From NCBI GenBank assembly GCA_965202585.1, contig OZ241829.1, forward strand, positions 5,146,001 to 5,210,000: a stretch of 64,000 bases of DNA, in the 5' to 3' direction. This DNA is from Thalia democratica. Its lineage: Eukaryota. Shown here piece after piece: positions 25,001 to 38,857 of this stretch (positions within the stretch are counted from its first letter, which is position 1; every line of letters starts with the position of its first letter). Below the pieces are notes generated by a model. It was not told where the DNA came from. It searched no databases and was given only the letters and a program-made list of their open reading frames with translations. A program made the translations under genes and the position numbers.

Positions 25001-26222
25001 TTTAAATACTTTCCAAACTTCTACTAACATACAATAACCGTTAACTAAATATAAAGTAGTTTTAGATATCTCCCTTTTTAGTTTGAGTATTATTTTGGAC
25101 TAAGAAAAATTAACAAATGTAAGCAAATCAAACAAATCGTTTTAATTTACAGTTGTGGTCTACCTTAAGAAAAATTCTTCAAAGAAAAGTTGTTTTGCGA
25201 AACATATCTGCTGAAAATATTTTGATTAACCCTAGAACTAAAGAGACTAAATTCTCAAATTTTGATTGTGCTTCTAATTATCGCGTAAGTTTACTATTTT
25301 TTTATCACATATACACAAATATAAGTTAAACATTTTCATTAATTATTATAATAAAGTATTTTATATATCTAATAATACTTTCAAGTTTAGTATGATTTTT
25401 ATCAGTGTTTTATTATAAAAACGCTTTTATAGTATTTGTTTTATTAATATACATTTGATGTAGTTTTTAGTTATATAAAAAAATTTAAACTTTGGTATTT
25501 TTTTACTAAGTAAAATTTATTTCTTTAACTATTTCAACTAATAAGTTTTTATCACGACAATTAATTTTTTTAATAAAAAATTTAAAGAAGTTTAATTTGG
25601 TCATCCAGTATTTAAAGTTTGTATTAATAGTACGAAAAGTGTTTTAAACAAAACTAACAAAACTTGAAAAATTTACACTTTGCCTTTGCGGTTTACTTTT
25701 GTTGTATATTAGTTCAGAGAGTTTAAACTCATCTTTAATCACTAGAATATTAACATACTGGTTTTTTTCACTCAACTTAGTTTTAATAAACACTTTTAAA
25801 TGTAGCCTTGGGCCGCAAACCACTATAATGGACCCGAAGGAACTAAGCCCTTCGTCATTCAGTCGTACTCTGGACCGGAGCACTGCCAACTCCCAGAATT
25901 GTTTAACAAAAAGAAATTCTACGAGTATGATTTGGATAGGTGGAGCATGGGACTGGTTCTTTATTTCATGGTTTTTATTTGAATTGTTTCAATTATTTCG
26001 TCTCTTTTTTTCCTCATTATTTTTATTTGTTTTTAGGTTGAGGGCAAACCTGCGTTCAACAGCAAAGAAGAGGTGATCAGTAAGGATCCTGAAGTATCGG
26101 AGGGCTCGAGGAATTTCGAGTTGTTCATCAGGAAACTTCTGAACAAGGAGAAGAAAGAGAGGTTCACTCACGGACTCATAACTGGCGGGGTGAAAGCTCA
26201 CCCTTGGTTTAAAGAAAAATAG
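22082..26222 (+). CDS. K2: intact Q/N-rich, repeat-containing Pim-family pseudokinase, 701 aa. Exons 22082-23396, 23933-24091, 24658-24806, 25153-25284, 25806-25970, 26037-26222
   Basis: All junctions are GT-AG and phase-consistent (2106 nt in total). VRVKHVE and PIEV match Pim VAIKHVE and PMEV; LRNISAEN replaces HRDIKDEN; NFD replaces DFG; QLPE...DRWSMGLVLY matches subdomains VIII-IX; ends HPWFKEK. The exon-1 donor was chosen by gap-free alignment to Pim; an alternative in-frame donor lies 54 nt downstream. Confidence 0.85.
22847..23275 (+). repeat. 33-bp coding tandem repeat, 13 units
   Basis: 429 bp = 13 x 33. Confidence 0.95.
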
Positions 26223-29200
26223 TTTTGTTTAACAGTAATACTACACCTAATTTAAAACGAGTATTTGTTACTTAAAAAAAAAAAACAATTTCTTCCAAAC
26301 AGTTCCAATTGTTCAATAACTGTTGAAACTTGTACTTCAGAAAGTTATTTTTACTGAAACTAAGTATATATATTTGAACTGTTTAGCTAATAAAAAAAAA
26401 TAACATTTAAACTAGTGCAATTTTCTGAAGTTTTTTTCCACGAATGACTTGATAATTTCTTTTAAAAAACTGATAAGTTTAAAAAATAGTGACACATTTT
26501 AATGAATTAATAATGTTTTTGAATTAATGCTTTTAGCTAATGTTTGACTAACAGATAAAGTTGTAATTGAGCTTTTTTAGTAAATACTTTTTATATAGTA
26601 ACACGTATTATGATTTTTGCTAAGTAACTATTTTTAAACTTTTACTTGTATAAGACCTTGAAAAATAGAAGTTTAATGAATTTAAGTTTATAATAATTAA
26701 TTTAGGTGTTGGTAAAATGATTTTTTTTGCACACATTATATCCGTTCTATGTTGATTTTGTTAAACTGCATAGATATACTTATTTGCAATGACGTCAAAC
26801 TATAACAGTTATACAAATTTAAATATACACTTAACTATGTTTTTTTCTTCGTTTTTTTACGGTACGTAAAAAAAATAACTTCTTTAGAAAACAAAGTGAT
26901 AAGTTGTTTTTAACTTTTATAATCCAGTGGAATTTAAGTAAATTCATAAGTTTATTATTACTTTTTTTATTTAAATGTTAACTTTAACTCAAAGATGAAG
27001 CTCATTTAGTAAACAAATAATCCTGTTAACAAAATTATGCTACTCGAATTTTTTACAGATTTCATTAACTTCCTTAAGAACAAAACAGTATATACTTAAG
27101 TTATTTAAATGTTACTTAATGAAAACGTTGATAAAACTTTACTGTTAAAGTACAAATCTTTCCTATTCGCAGGGTCAACTTATTATCAGAAATGTCATCT
27201 TCAGGTCGAACTTCTTTAAAAGTATTCTTTGTTTTTATTAATTTTATTTAAAAAATATAAAAGCACTTTAAAATGAAAGTTGGATTGAAATAATCATTCA
27301 ATAAAACTGCTTTTAGAAGCAATTAAACTAAGAGAGCATTTAAAATCCTTTTTATTTGGACAAAAAAATTGTTTAGTTTGCAGTTGTTATTAAGTTTAAA
27401 ACAAATTGCTGACTTTACTTTAGAAACTCCAGAAATTGTACAATATCTTTATGCGATGCGAAAACTACAATTATTTAATATACTCAGCTATTTACTTCTT
27501 TATTTATGTATAAAGTGATTAAAACTAATCAAAAATTGAGAAAATCTAAATTTATTTACATAGATTTTTTAAAAACTTTAATACTAATTAAAACCATTTT
27601 TTTAAGTTTAAATAAATAATTAAAAATAATTAAAACCTATTTTTTTTATTTTCTAAAAAAAATACAAAATATATTCTTAAACTTAATAAAAGGTGTAAAA
27701 AATTAATTTATACAACCTTTAAGACTGCAGAATTAAAAACGTTAAATTGTGTTATAAAAAAGTCCGTAATTATGAAGGTAGTTTGAGATTGTTTCAAACT
27801 AAAAAAAAGATACTAAAATTAAGAAGTTTAGCCTTTATTATCAACATAGGTAAAAACAAAGATTAACTATTTAACATAAACGGTCTCAATAAAGTACTAC
27901 TAAAGAGTCAAATGTAATAGTTTAGTTAGATGAGATTAATTAATTTATTTTTAAACTAATAAATACTTGAATTTCAAACTAAATAAGTTTTAGAAATAAA
28001 AACGAAATACAAGTCATGGTGATCAACGAGTAATTGTACCTTAATTAAAATTACTCTACCTTCTTGAGTATACAATTAAACCAACGATCCTTGTGTATAC
28101 CCGGCTTATCGTTTAACAGCCGATTTATTAACATCTCGAACAAACTGCCAAGCATTAGAATTGAATTATATCAGCATTGAAACCTGTTTTAAAATAAAAC
28201 AGAAAACGTTTTGTCTCATTATTTTTAAATTAACTGAAACATATCATGCTGAATAAAATATTTTACTAACTTCTTAAATAAAGTAAATAAAATTTATCAC
28301 TTCCAAGGTATTTAAATTTGAAAATACTAAAAATTTTGATACAAAATTTACAATATGTAAGCAATGAAAAAACACACCTTCGCCTGAACCTTATAGCTTT
28401 CACCTAAATTATAATTTTAAATTAGTAACTTAACTAGAAATTGCTTTAATTAAAATTTTATCTGATAAATAAATAAATAAAAACACTAAGTTTGAACTAT
28501 ATAATTGCTTACTTACTTAAGAACGTATTTATCAATGGAACTAAGTTTTAGATTAGTCATCACAGTAATTTTAAATATCAAATAATAGGCTGTATATTTA
28601 TACAAAAAAACAAACTTAATAAAAATTTCTTCAATCTGTTTAAATAATTCGAAGTCATGTTAAAATAAACGGTATAAAAAATTCAAGTTAGTATTTACAA
28701 AAGTTATCGAACTGTATATCAACGAAAATTTAACGAGTTCGAAAAAAAAAATCATAAAAAAGTCACAGTGGTTATCGAGCATCTAAATATGCTTTAACTT
28801 TACTAAATAAACAACTCTACTTATTAAACAACTCTACTTATTAAACAAGGGTAAATAACCAGGTTTTGAACCCAACATCCAACTAAACAAACAGAATAAT
28901 AAAACACAAAATCTAACAAGCATTCAGACAACGGAGAAGCTTATATCTTTATTATATAAAAACAACCACATAATATTGTATTTAATTTAAAAAAATAACT
29001 GCAAAATTTTACGTGTTTAAATTATTTAAGCTAGTTTTAAAAAATAATCTCATTTTAATATTTTGTGCAAAACATAACAAATGTTTAAAGTTGTCCAATT
29101 CTTAAGCTTGTATAATTTACTTTTTTATAAACTTCCCTGTTTTCTCTACATATACAGTCTTTTAATTTTAATTTTAACACTTTTTAACAAAAGTAAAAAT

Positions 29201-30637
29201 TGGTTAAAATCATTCTGGTTAACTATAACACCTATTACATAGTACGAAAAAACAGGTTAGCTTTTTTGCTTCGAAAAGCTGCAACTTCAATGATAAAGAT
29301 AAAAAACGCTAAAAATTAACAAGCGTTAAAGATACTGATTAGTAATGTAATCAGGAATTATTAGGTAAATGAATTGTATATTATTTTTCTAATAAGATAT
29401 AATGAAACTAGTTGTATTTAAAAGAGCTAGATGCAACATCTTCAAGTTAGAAATAGTCTCAAAATGTAAAACTTTTAAGCAAGTCAAATTTTTGGTTAGA
29501 CAAGTTTTTAGGAAAAATTTAATGGTTAACTATTGATTAATTAAAAAATATTTTGTTAATTATGTGGATTTATGTCAACATAAATGGTGAAAACTTTTAC
29601 TGTTTGTAACTGCTACACCTCATTACTATTCTTAAAATTAATACTTTTTTATACCATTTCCTAACTTGTTTTAAAGTAAAAGAACAATAGTCAAAAGTCA
29701 GGATATGAAAATAAACTTACATCATCAGTAATAGTTTCTACTTTGACTAGTTAAGTTTTTGCCTCGATAATTTTAATAGTTTAACTTTAATTGTGCAACA
29801 TATTTAGTATAAAGACTGTAGCTGATCAAGGCTTGTTTTAATTTTTTTTTATTTTAAAGTTTCAAGCTTTATCTATAAATAAATTTTTTTGATTTGACTT
29901 AGATTTAGTAAATCTTAATTTATCATTACAAATGTATAGTTTTTAAGCATAAATATATTTTTTTCTCAAATTGTTTGTTGATTTTAAATTTTATCTTAAA
30001 CTAAGGCTTACTTACTAATATTGGAAAATCAAGATGAATTTTTGCTTCCATAAGTAGCAAGCATGTAAACAGTAAAAAGTAGATTTATTTTGCACATCTT
30101 TTTGACAAAAGGCAAGAGCTGTTTGTGTTTAACAAGCCAATAAATCTATAAAGTCTATTTTAATTGGAACAGCAATAACATTTAACTGGATATAAACTTA
30201 AAAGTTTTAAAACGTTAAAGTTTTAAAAGTATAAGTATTTAAAACATAAGTTTTAAAACGTTAAAGTTAAAAAAGTTTAAGTATTCGAAACAGCAGAGTT
30301 GATTGAGTTAAAATACAAAATAAAATTGTATTATAAGTGATGAAGTTTAAATCCCTTTTGTTTACTGCATGTCTAATCCATAAAGGCGTATTAATAAATT
30401 TAAACTGTTAGTAAGATAAAAGTACAAATAGTTGTTGTTAGATAGTACAAGTTTTTGTTACTTAGAGATAAATATTAGCAAAGGTTTAAATTATGTAAAA
30501 CACAACAATATTAGTCATAACATCCAAAAATTATCATTTTATACTAAATTGACATGGTTGCTGAATAAAAATATTTGTGTTACTTTCATTAATGTGTTAT
30601 TACCTGTTAACAATTTCAGCTATTTAACACAAAAAGT

Positions 30638-31503
30638 ATGACTCATAATAAGTTGATAAAAGACGCTCAAGATTTCTTCGATCAGAACAAATGCACTGAC
30701 GCCATCCAATGCTGGGAGGAAGTTTTAAAATTGGGAAAGTCCCTAAACAGTGAAGGGTTTGGTCTCATGCTCAAGCCTTACATCAAAATGAAACAAGAAT
30801 CATTGAGGCGTGTAAGATCTGGTAATTTTCTAAAGTTTAGTTTAGTAAAAAGAACCATAATTTTCTCATCATAAAATAATCTTAACAACCACAATTTTTT
30901 TTTATACTCAACTTTATTGACGTTCCAATTTAAACCCTATCAATTAATTTTGAAAATTAAAGATTTTGATATTTTTATAAAACTTTTTCTTAATAAGTTA
31001 ATTAAAGTTACAGGTGAGGAAATAAAAAATATTATAATCAAAATTTAAAATGTTTATTTTTACTACTATCAACAGGTGAAGAAGATGAGGATAAACACAA
31101 GGAAGAAGTGGAACTCAGATGTAAAGAGTTATTATACCACATTGATGACTACTTACTCAAAAACGAAAATCGTGTGGATCAGGGGACTTTCGAGAAGCTT
31201 TCAAGGCTCCGAGGCGAATGCTACTGTGACCTCTTCGAAGTAAAAGGCAATAGAAACACTATAGCACGCATGTTTGGTTTTTACCTCTTGGTAAAATATA
31301 TTTGCTCTTTGATTTATTCTATTACTCGCAGGTCAATTCGCTTTCTTGGCAATTTCCTGTCCCAGATTTGCTTGACCTTTTTTATTGCTCTTTTCCAAAT
31401 TTCATCTTTCAGCTCTAAATATTGGCAAAAACTTTGTTCAAACTTCAAAAAGTTTTTCCAAACGTCAGAAGGAGAGCATTTGAAGGAAAATATGCACAAT
31501 TAG
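30638..31503 (+). CDS. T3: TPR-like/hydrophobic-tail protein, 203 aa (exons 30638-30821, 31076-31503)
   Basis: Same intron; ends ...ENMHN*, 9 aa shorter than T1, T2 and T4. Confidence 0.85.
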
Positions 31504-31848
31504 TAAATATAATCCATTTTTTTGGCCTGTTATTTTTTTCTTGTTCATTCTTGTAATGTGTAACTTATAATTAGAAACTTTCTTTTCGTGCTTAAAAAAC
31601 TTCTATGAAAATTTTGTTGTCATTATTTTAAAAAAACCTTTTAAATTATTTTCATTATATTGTATTATTATTTAGTACAAACCTAACAATTAGTGGTTTA
31701 ATAGACGATGAATTAGAACAAAACGAAATAATTAACGTCAAGTTTATCAATTATTAACTCTTACTTCATTTTTTTAATGGTAGTGTTTATCTAAATTAAT
31801 ATTTAAACAATTTTGTTGAAATCAAAGAATCTTTTGCTACCTAAGCGA

Positions 31849-34450
31849 TAAAATTGAGCGACGCGTGGGGAGATACACTCTGATGAGTTGGAAAAAAAAT
31901 TTACAAAACGATTAAGTTTTATCCTTTTTGTTGTAATTTATAAGCTGAATAAATATTTCATATGTTTATTAAATATTCAAAAAAAATCTCAAATTGTTGT
32001 TCTAAAAAGCTTTTGAACATATAAACTTATATAAGAGTTAAGAAAGGAAGAAGCTGAGAGCTCTTTGGTGTTTAAACTGATTTGAGTCACCTACGAGGAA
32101 AAAGTACTAATTTATTTTAACAAATGTCCAAGCTTAATTTATTTTATAAAAACGGTTTAAGTATAAATAACACTACTTTATATACACCACTTTCAATACA
32201 CTATTAACTTTACTATACAAAAGAATAGGTATAAAATTTAATATATTTAACATATTTTTTGTAAGTAACTTCTAACTTAGATTAAAAGAGATTGATTCCA
32301 AGTCTGTACTATCAAATGGATTTATAAAACTCATTAGTTTCCAATACAAATAAGTCCATTAATTTATTTTAAATTAAAACTACTTACAAACACTTTAACT
32401 TTCTATTAGTTAACTAGTATTTTACTTATTAGAATAGAGTCCACTGTTACAAAAGAAAGGTCTTTAAAATAAATTTTAGGAAAATCATATTGAAAAAAGT
32501 ATATAAATATCGGATAATTTGTTTTAAAAGCTTAGTTATTTTTTTTATTTAACTTTCCGTTGTTATTTTGCATATAAAATATCTTCTATAAATTTAAATG
32601 AACAAAGAAAATTCAAAATGATGAACCATTGTTATACTGACAGTAATTTGGAAGAACTTCTGGATAGTCATTGACAATAACACCATGCTCCTAAGTAAAT
32701 AAGTGGAAATTAGCTTCAGAAATTGAAATGTGACACTACCGGTTTTTGAACTTACGAAACTCGTATTCATTGTGCTTGGCAGCCAGTGACTTAACGCTTT
32801 GCCCAAATTGCTACGCAGCAAAAACAGATTTTTCGCGTACATTCATTGTTTTTTTATCATTTATTTCTGTGCATCGAAAATATTTACGAGTAGCTTTTGC
32901 TGAATCTTACAAGTTAATTTACTTTTCATTCTATACTTAATAGTTATTTAAATAAATAAACAAAATGTTTAAAAACATAATTGCTTTGTTACAAAATAAC
33001 TTAAATCAACATTTTTTATTAATTTATGTTTAAGTATATAAAGGTTGAACAGATAATTCAATAACACTAGTATAAGGTAAATTAAAAAGTAGTTGTTCGC
33101 TAAAACTGTGTTCTAAAATTACTTTCTGCTTGAAAACCAAAGGTTATTTAATGAACTAGCTGCTTCGGCCTTTGCAAAGAATTTTTGATAATAAAAACAT
33201 TAAAAATGTTTTAATGTTTATTACTAGTATCAATCAATTTAAGTTTAAACTTAAAATTTTATTTACTTTTGAGTAACTTTCGACTTTTTTTTTTCTTTTT
33301 ACGTTTAAAAGGCTAAAAGATAAAATAAATTATAAATAGTACCAATAGTATAAAATTTGTTTTATTGTTTTCCTTTTTTACCAATTATTAGAACTTTATT
33401 TGATACTTAAGAAGATAACCTTATTTTAACAATAGGTACAAAAAAATACATTATATCTACTTTTTATAGTTTTGTTTATAAAAGTAAGAGTTAAAGTTGT
33501 CAATTCAGTTTCTTCTTGAAAAAGGAATTAATTAAATATTAATATATCTATTAGAGCGAAACATTGTTTTGTTACAGAACTATAAAAGAAGAAAACTGTA
33601 GGTATTTTTTATCACTGAAAAGTTTTATTGTAAAATCCTATAACTTTTTGCTAAGCATTATTTATCTTTTTACTTTCTTCAATAAAAAAAGTTTTTGTTT
33701 GCAACTTTTTTAGCATTTTAAAGAAATTTTGAAAAACTTTAATGCTTACTAATTTTTTTTATACCGTGATAACTTCAGCATAAGTCTATATTTTAAGTTT
33801 TTATAGTTCATAAACATTACAAACAGAGCTTTAAGAGTTCTTCTGGATTACTTAACAAACTTCAACTAATTCTAAAACAAAGTTTCATGCTCGAGAAATT
33901 TAGTGGCGATTTGCTTGTAGAAAATTGGCAACTTTGCTATTGATATATGCTGCTTTCATTCATTTGTAAGTTAAAAATATTAACAGTGTTTTATGTTTTC
34001 TTACTGTATATTTAAAACAATCTAACGTAATTTTAGAGATTTAATTTCTAGAGTCCTTAAAGTCTTGAAACTTTCATTTTTGTCTATTTAAATAATTTCA
34101 GAATAAATAAAAAAAATTCGAAATTATTCAATTTAGTTTTGTAAGTTAAGTTTAAAGTTAATAGACAACATAATATATTTCCGTTTAACTTTATTTAAAT
34201 ATTTTAAAACAAATTAAATTTCATAAAGGAAATAAAATTTTATGTAAAATAACGTCCGAGTTTAAGTTACTTAAAAAACATATTTTTTTATCGGTTTTGT
34301 TATTTATTATACCTACTTATGAATAAAAAGTTAAGTAAAAGTAATTTATTTTGTTTTCATTAAAAATCTGAATACATAAATTAAAAAATTTAATCTAAAC
34401 TGTTTATTAATTTTAAACAAACTTAAAGCAATATGAAGTTTTTGTTAATA
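31849..34450. other. Non-array sequence replacing the rest of unit 3
   Basis: Similarity to other units stops after CTACCTAAGCGA (31848) and resumes at about 34450-34500 in the pre-TPR spacer. The right boundary is approximate. Confidence 0.75.
32613..32810 (-). other. Candidate spliced exon pair of an unrelated gene (32810-32756 and 32690-32613)
   Basis: Minus strand has a cgtag| acceptor, a |gtaagt donor, a 65-nt intron and an acttag| acceptor. The joined frame reads NLGKALSHWLPSTMNTSF-EHGVIVNDYPEVLPNYCQYNNGSSF*. No homolog recognised. Confidence 0.3.
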
Positions 34451-36615
34451 AACTTCTTTCTATTTTTGGTCTTCTTTACAAATTTGACCCTTCAAGACAA
34501 CAGAGCTAGAAACGTTTAATCTTGTTTTAAAACAGTCTGTAAACAATTATGATAGTTTGAGATTATTTTGAACTTTAGGAAAACTTACTAGAGTTAAGAA
34601 GTTTAGTCTTTTATTATCCACATAGATAAGTGCAAAGATTAATTATTTAACATAAACGGTCTCAATAGAGCATTACAAACGCGTCAAATATAATAGTTTA
34701 AATAAGTTTAAGTAATTTATAATTAAACTAATAAATACTTAAGTTATTTAAGAGTAAAAATAATAAGTTTATGAAAGTAAAACGGTACAAAAGTCACAGT
34801 GGTTATCGAGTATCTAAATATGCTTTAACTCTACTTATTAAACAACTCTACTTATTAAACAAGGGTAAACAAGCAGGTTTTAAACCCAACATCCAACTAA
34901 ATAAACAAATTGTTCGAACACAAAAACTAACAAGCATGCAAACAACGGAGAAGCTTTTATCTTAATTATATAAAATCAAACATATAAAATGTTGTGTTTA
35001 ATTGAAGAAAATAACTGCAAAGTTGTACATGTTTCAATTATTTAAAGTCGTTCTAAAATTTATTTTCGATTGAGTTTTTGTGCAAAACTTAATAAATGTT
35101 TGAATTTATCAAATTCTTAAACTATTATAGTGTAGCTTTTTATAAACTTCTGTGTTTTCTAATAGATACACAGTCTTTGTATTTTAATTTTAATATTTTT
35201 TAAAGAAATAGAAACTGATTAAGACCATCCTGGTTAACTTTAGGACTTATTACATGGTATAAAAATTAGGTTAGCTTTTTGCTTCTAAAAGTTCAATGAT
35301 TAAGATAAAAAACGCTTAAAATCAACTACCGTTAAAAATACTGGTTAGTAATGTAATCCGGATTTATTAAGTAATTAAATTCTATTTTGGTTGAATAAAT
35401 GTAATGAAACCAGTTGTATTTAAAAAAGCTAGAGCCAATATCATCTAGTTGAAAATGATTTCGAATAGTAGAACTTTTACTAAAGTCGAGTTTACGGTTG
35501 GATAAGTTGTTTTGATATATCTAACAGTTAAATATTGTTTAATCTTAAAGACGTTTTAAAATTATGTGGTTTTATGTCAACACAAGTTTAGTGAATCATT
35601 TATTGTTTATAACTGCTACAATTCATTACTATTCTTAAAATTAATATATTTTTAAATCATTTCCTTACTTGTTTCAAAGTAAAAGAACAATAGTCAAAAG
35701 TCAGGATATGAAAATAAACTTACATCATCAGTAATAATTTCTACTTTGACTAGTTAAGTTGTTGCCTTTTAAGTTTTAATAGTTTAATTTCAATTGTGCA
35801 ACATATTTAGTACAAAGATTGTAGCTGATTAAGGCTTGTTTTATTTATTTTTTTTACAAAATTTCAAGCTTTATCCATAAATAATATTTTTGAATTAACT
35901 TTGATTTAGTAAATTTTTATTTATTATTACAAACGTATAGTTTTAAAGCCTAAATGATTTTTTTTCTCAGATTGTTTTTTGATTTATATTTTACTTAAAC
36001 TCAGGCTGACTTAAGCTTGATAGGTGTAGCTTAAGGAAGTTTTTGGAAAATCAAGATGAAATTTTGCTTCAATAAGTAGCAAGAATTTAAACAATAAAAA
36101 GTAGATTTATATTGCACGTCGTTTTGACTAAGAGCAAGAGCTGTTTGTGTTTAACACGCTAATAAATCTATAAAGTCTGTTTTGATTGGAACAGCCATAA
36201 CATTTACTTGGATATGAACTCAAAAGTTTTAAAACGTCAAAGTAAAAGAAGTATAAGTATTCGAAACAACATAGTTTATTGAGTTAAATTACAAACTGAA
36301 ATTGTATTGTAAGTGATAAAGTTTAAATACCTTTTATTTACTGCATGTCTGTTTATAAAGGCGTTACAATAAATTTAAACTGTTAGTAAGATAAAAGTAC
36401 AAATAGTTGTTGTTTGATAGTTTTACAAGTTTTGTTGTTTAGGGACAAATATTAGCAAAGGTTTAAATTATGTAAAACACAACAATATTAGTCATAACAT
36501 CCAAAAATTATCATTTTATACTAAATTTACATAGTTGATGAATGAAAAATATTTGTGTTACTTTCATTATTGTTATATAACCTGTTATTAATTTCAGCTA
36601 TTTAACACGAAAAGT

Positions 36616-37468
36616 ATGACTCACATTAAGTTGATAAAAGACGCTCAAGATTTCTTCGATCAGAACAAATGCTCTGACGCCATCCGATGCTGGGAGGAAG
36701 TTTTGAAATTGGGAAAGTCCCTAAACAGTGAAGGGTTTGGTCTCATGCTCAAACCTTACATCAAAATGAAACAAGAATCATTGAGGCGTGTAAGATCTGG
36801 TAAGTTTCTTAAGTTGAGTTCAGTAAAAAAAAACATAATATTTTTCTATATCTCAACTATACTGACGTTAAAATTTTAAACTCTAAACTATTTTGAATAT
36901 TTTTTAAAATTTGGATATTTATAGTTTTTTAAATGTTAAAAGAATATGTCAGTGATTAGAAAACAGATATTATGATCAAAATTTAAAATGTTTATTTTTA
37001 CTACTATCAATAGGTGAAGATGATGAAGATAAACACAAGGAAGAAGTGGAACTCAGATGTAAAGAGTTATTGTACCACATTGATGATTACTTACTAAAAA
37101 ACGAAAATCGTGTAGATCCGGGGACTTTCGAGAAGCTTTCAAGGCTTCGAGGCGAATGCTACTGTGATCTCTTCGAAGTGAAAGGCAATAGAAACACTAT
37201 AGCGCGCATGTTTGGTTTTTACCTCCTGGTAAAATCTATTTGCTCTTTGGTTTATTCTATTACTCGCGGGTCAATCCGCTTTCTTGGCAATTCTTTGTCC
37301 CAGATTTGCTTCACTTTTTTTATAGCTTTTTGCCACATTTCATCTGTCACAACAACCTGTTGGCAAAAGCCTCGTGCAAACTTCAAAAAGTTTTTCCAAA
37401 CATCAGAAAGAGAGCATTTAAAGGAAAATATGTGCAAGTTAGTAAATATAATCCATTTGTTTGGATAA
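36616..37468 (+). CDS. T4: TPR-like/hydrophobic-tail protein, 212 aa (exons 36616-36799, 37014-37468)
   Basis: Same phase-1 intron; ORF intact. Confidence 0.85.
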
Positions 37469-38179
37469 TTACTTATTTTTTGTTCATTCTTGTAATGTGA
37501 CTTATAACTAGAATCATTCTGTTTGTGCTTAAAAAACATTTTAGAATATTATTTTGCTGTCAATATTTTAAATAAACCTGTTAAATGATTTTCACTATGT
37601 TGTATTACTATTTAGTGCAAACATACTAAATCTTGGTTTAATAGACGATGAATTAGAATAAAACGAAATAACAAACGTCAAGTTTATCAAAATTATTAAC
37701 TCTATATAGCCATTTTGATAACTTACCTTTTTTTTAATGCTAGTGTTTCTCTAAATTAGTATTAAAAATTGTTCTGTTGAAATCAAAGAAACTTTTGCTA
37801 CCTAAGCGAACATAGTTATAGAGTTATACATAATCTCAAAAGAAGGTAGGTAGGTTCAACCTAAAATACCAAAGTAGAGTAAACCAGTTAAATTCTATCC
37901 TCACAGTATTATTCGTCATTGTTATAACTTTTTCTCAGTCCAATATTTATGAATTATTAACACCTTAAAAATAATTTGTACCTCAATATATCAATTCTTA
38001 CTCATTTTGTATATATATATTTCAAAAATCAGTTTTAAAATTTAAGAAAGTGACAGGCTCACTAGAAGAATTCCGAAAGAAAACAAAATAAACGTAACAA
38101 AGCGATTCGATATGGTTGAGTTCTAGAATGCTTTACTTAAGTTTATATCAGTATGTAAATTTTATGTTAAAAAGTAAAG

Positions 38180-38277
38180 CAGTGGTTGGCAACACGTGAC
38201 CCGGATGTAAACTGCGGCCCTGAAGTAGTAAATCTGCGGCCCGCGAGTATTTTGTTTATAAGGGTGCGGCCCACGAA
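38180..38277. mobile_element. hAT-like terminal fragment (unit 4)
   Basis: CAGTGGTTGGCAACACGTG followed by GCGGCCC repeats. Confidence 0.55.
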
Positions 38278-38857
38278 TATAATTTGTTTACTGTGTATTT
38301 GATTATTTTATTTTTTCTATAAGTACAATATAGGGTTGTAAAACATTAATGTTAGTTTAATTCTCTTGCAAAACTAGAATACTTTAATTTATAATTACAA
38401 AACTAAAACTAAACATTTGTTTTGAAAATAAATCTAGCTTAACTTTTATTTTGAAACTCTAAAGCCAGTTAAAATAAGAAAATTACTTTCAAAAACATAT
38501 TTATATATTTTAAAATATTAACTTCTAGCCAAATAGTAAACTACTTATATAAACAAAATAATTATGACAAAAATACTTGATTAGCATTGTTGGACATCGA
38601 CTAGAAGGTTTTATTTTTTTGCATCGATTATCAAAACGTAATCATTTAAGTTAATACGTTTGTTTTTTTGTTTACATTAAAAATCACTTATATAAACATT
38701 GCTTTAAGCAAATAACAATAAAAATCCGCATAAATACTATTTGATGCTAGTCGACTTTTGTGATTGAAGATATTATACAACCGCTAGTTGACGCACTTTT
38801 CTATTATACCATGTAGAAGTTAACTACCAATCACGCCGGGTATCATGTTTCATTCAG

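Noticed and set aside
25699-26076. Plus-strand ORF ...MDPKELSPSSFSRTLDRS... as a separate gene (also 44747-44932)
   Set aside because: An alternate frame of kinase exon 5; the kinase frame carries the PE and D-x-W-S-x-G motifs and fits the splice phases.
31860-31920. CTGATGAG near the left edge of the foreign insert as a hammerhead ribozyme
   Set aside because: No convincing stem II followed by GAAA and no NUH/stem I geometry.
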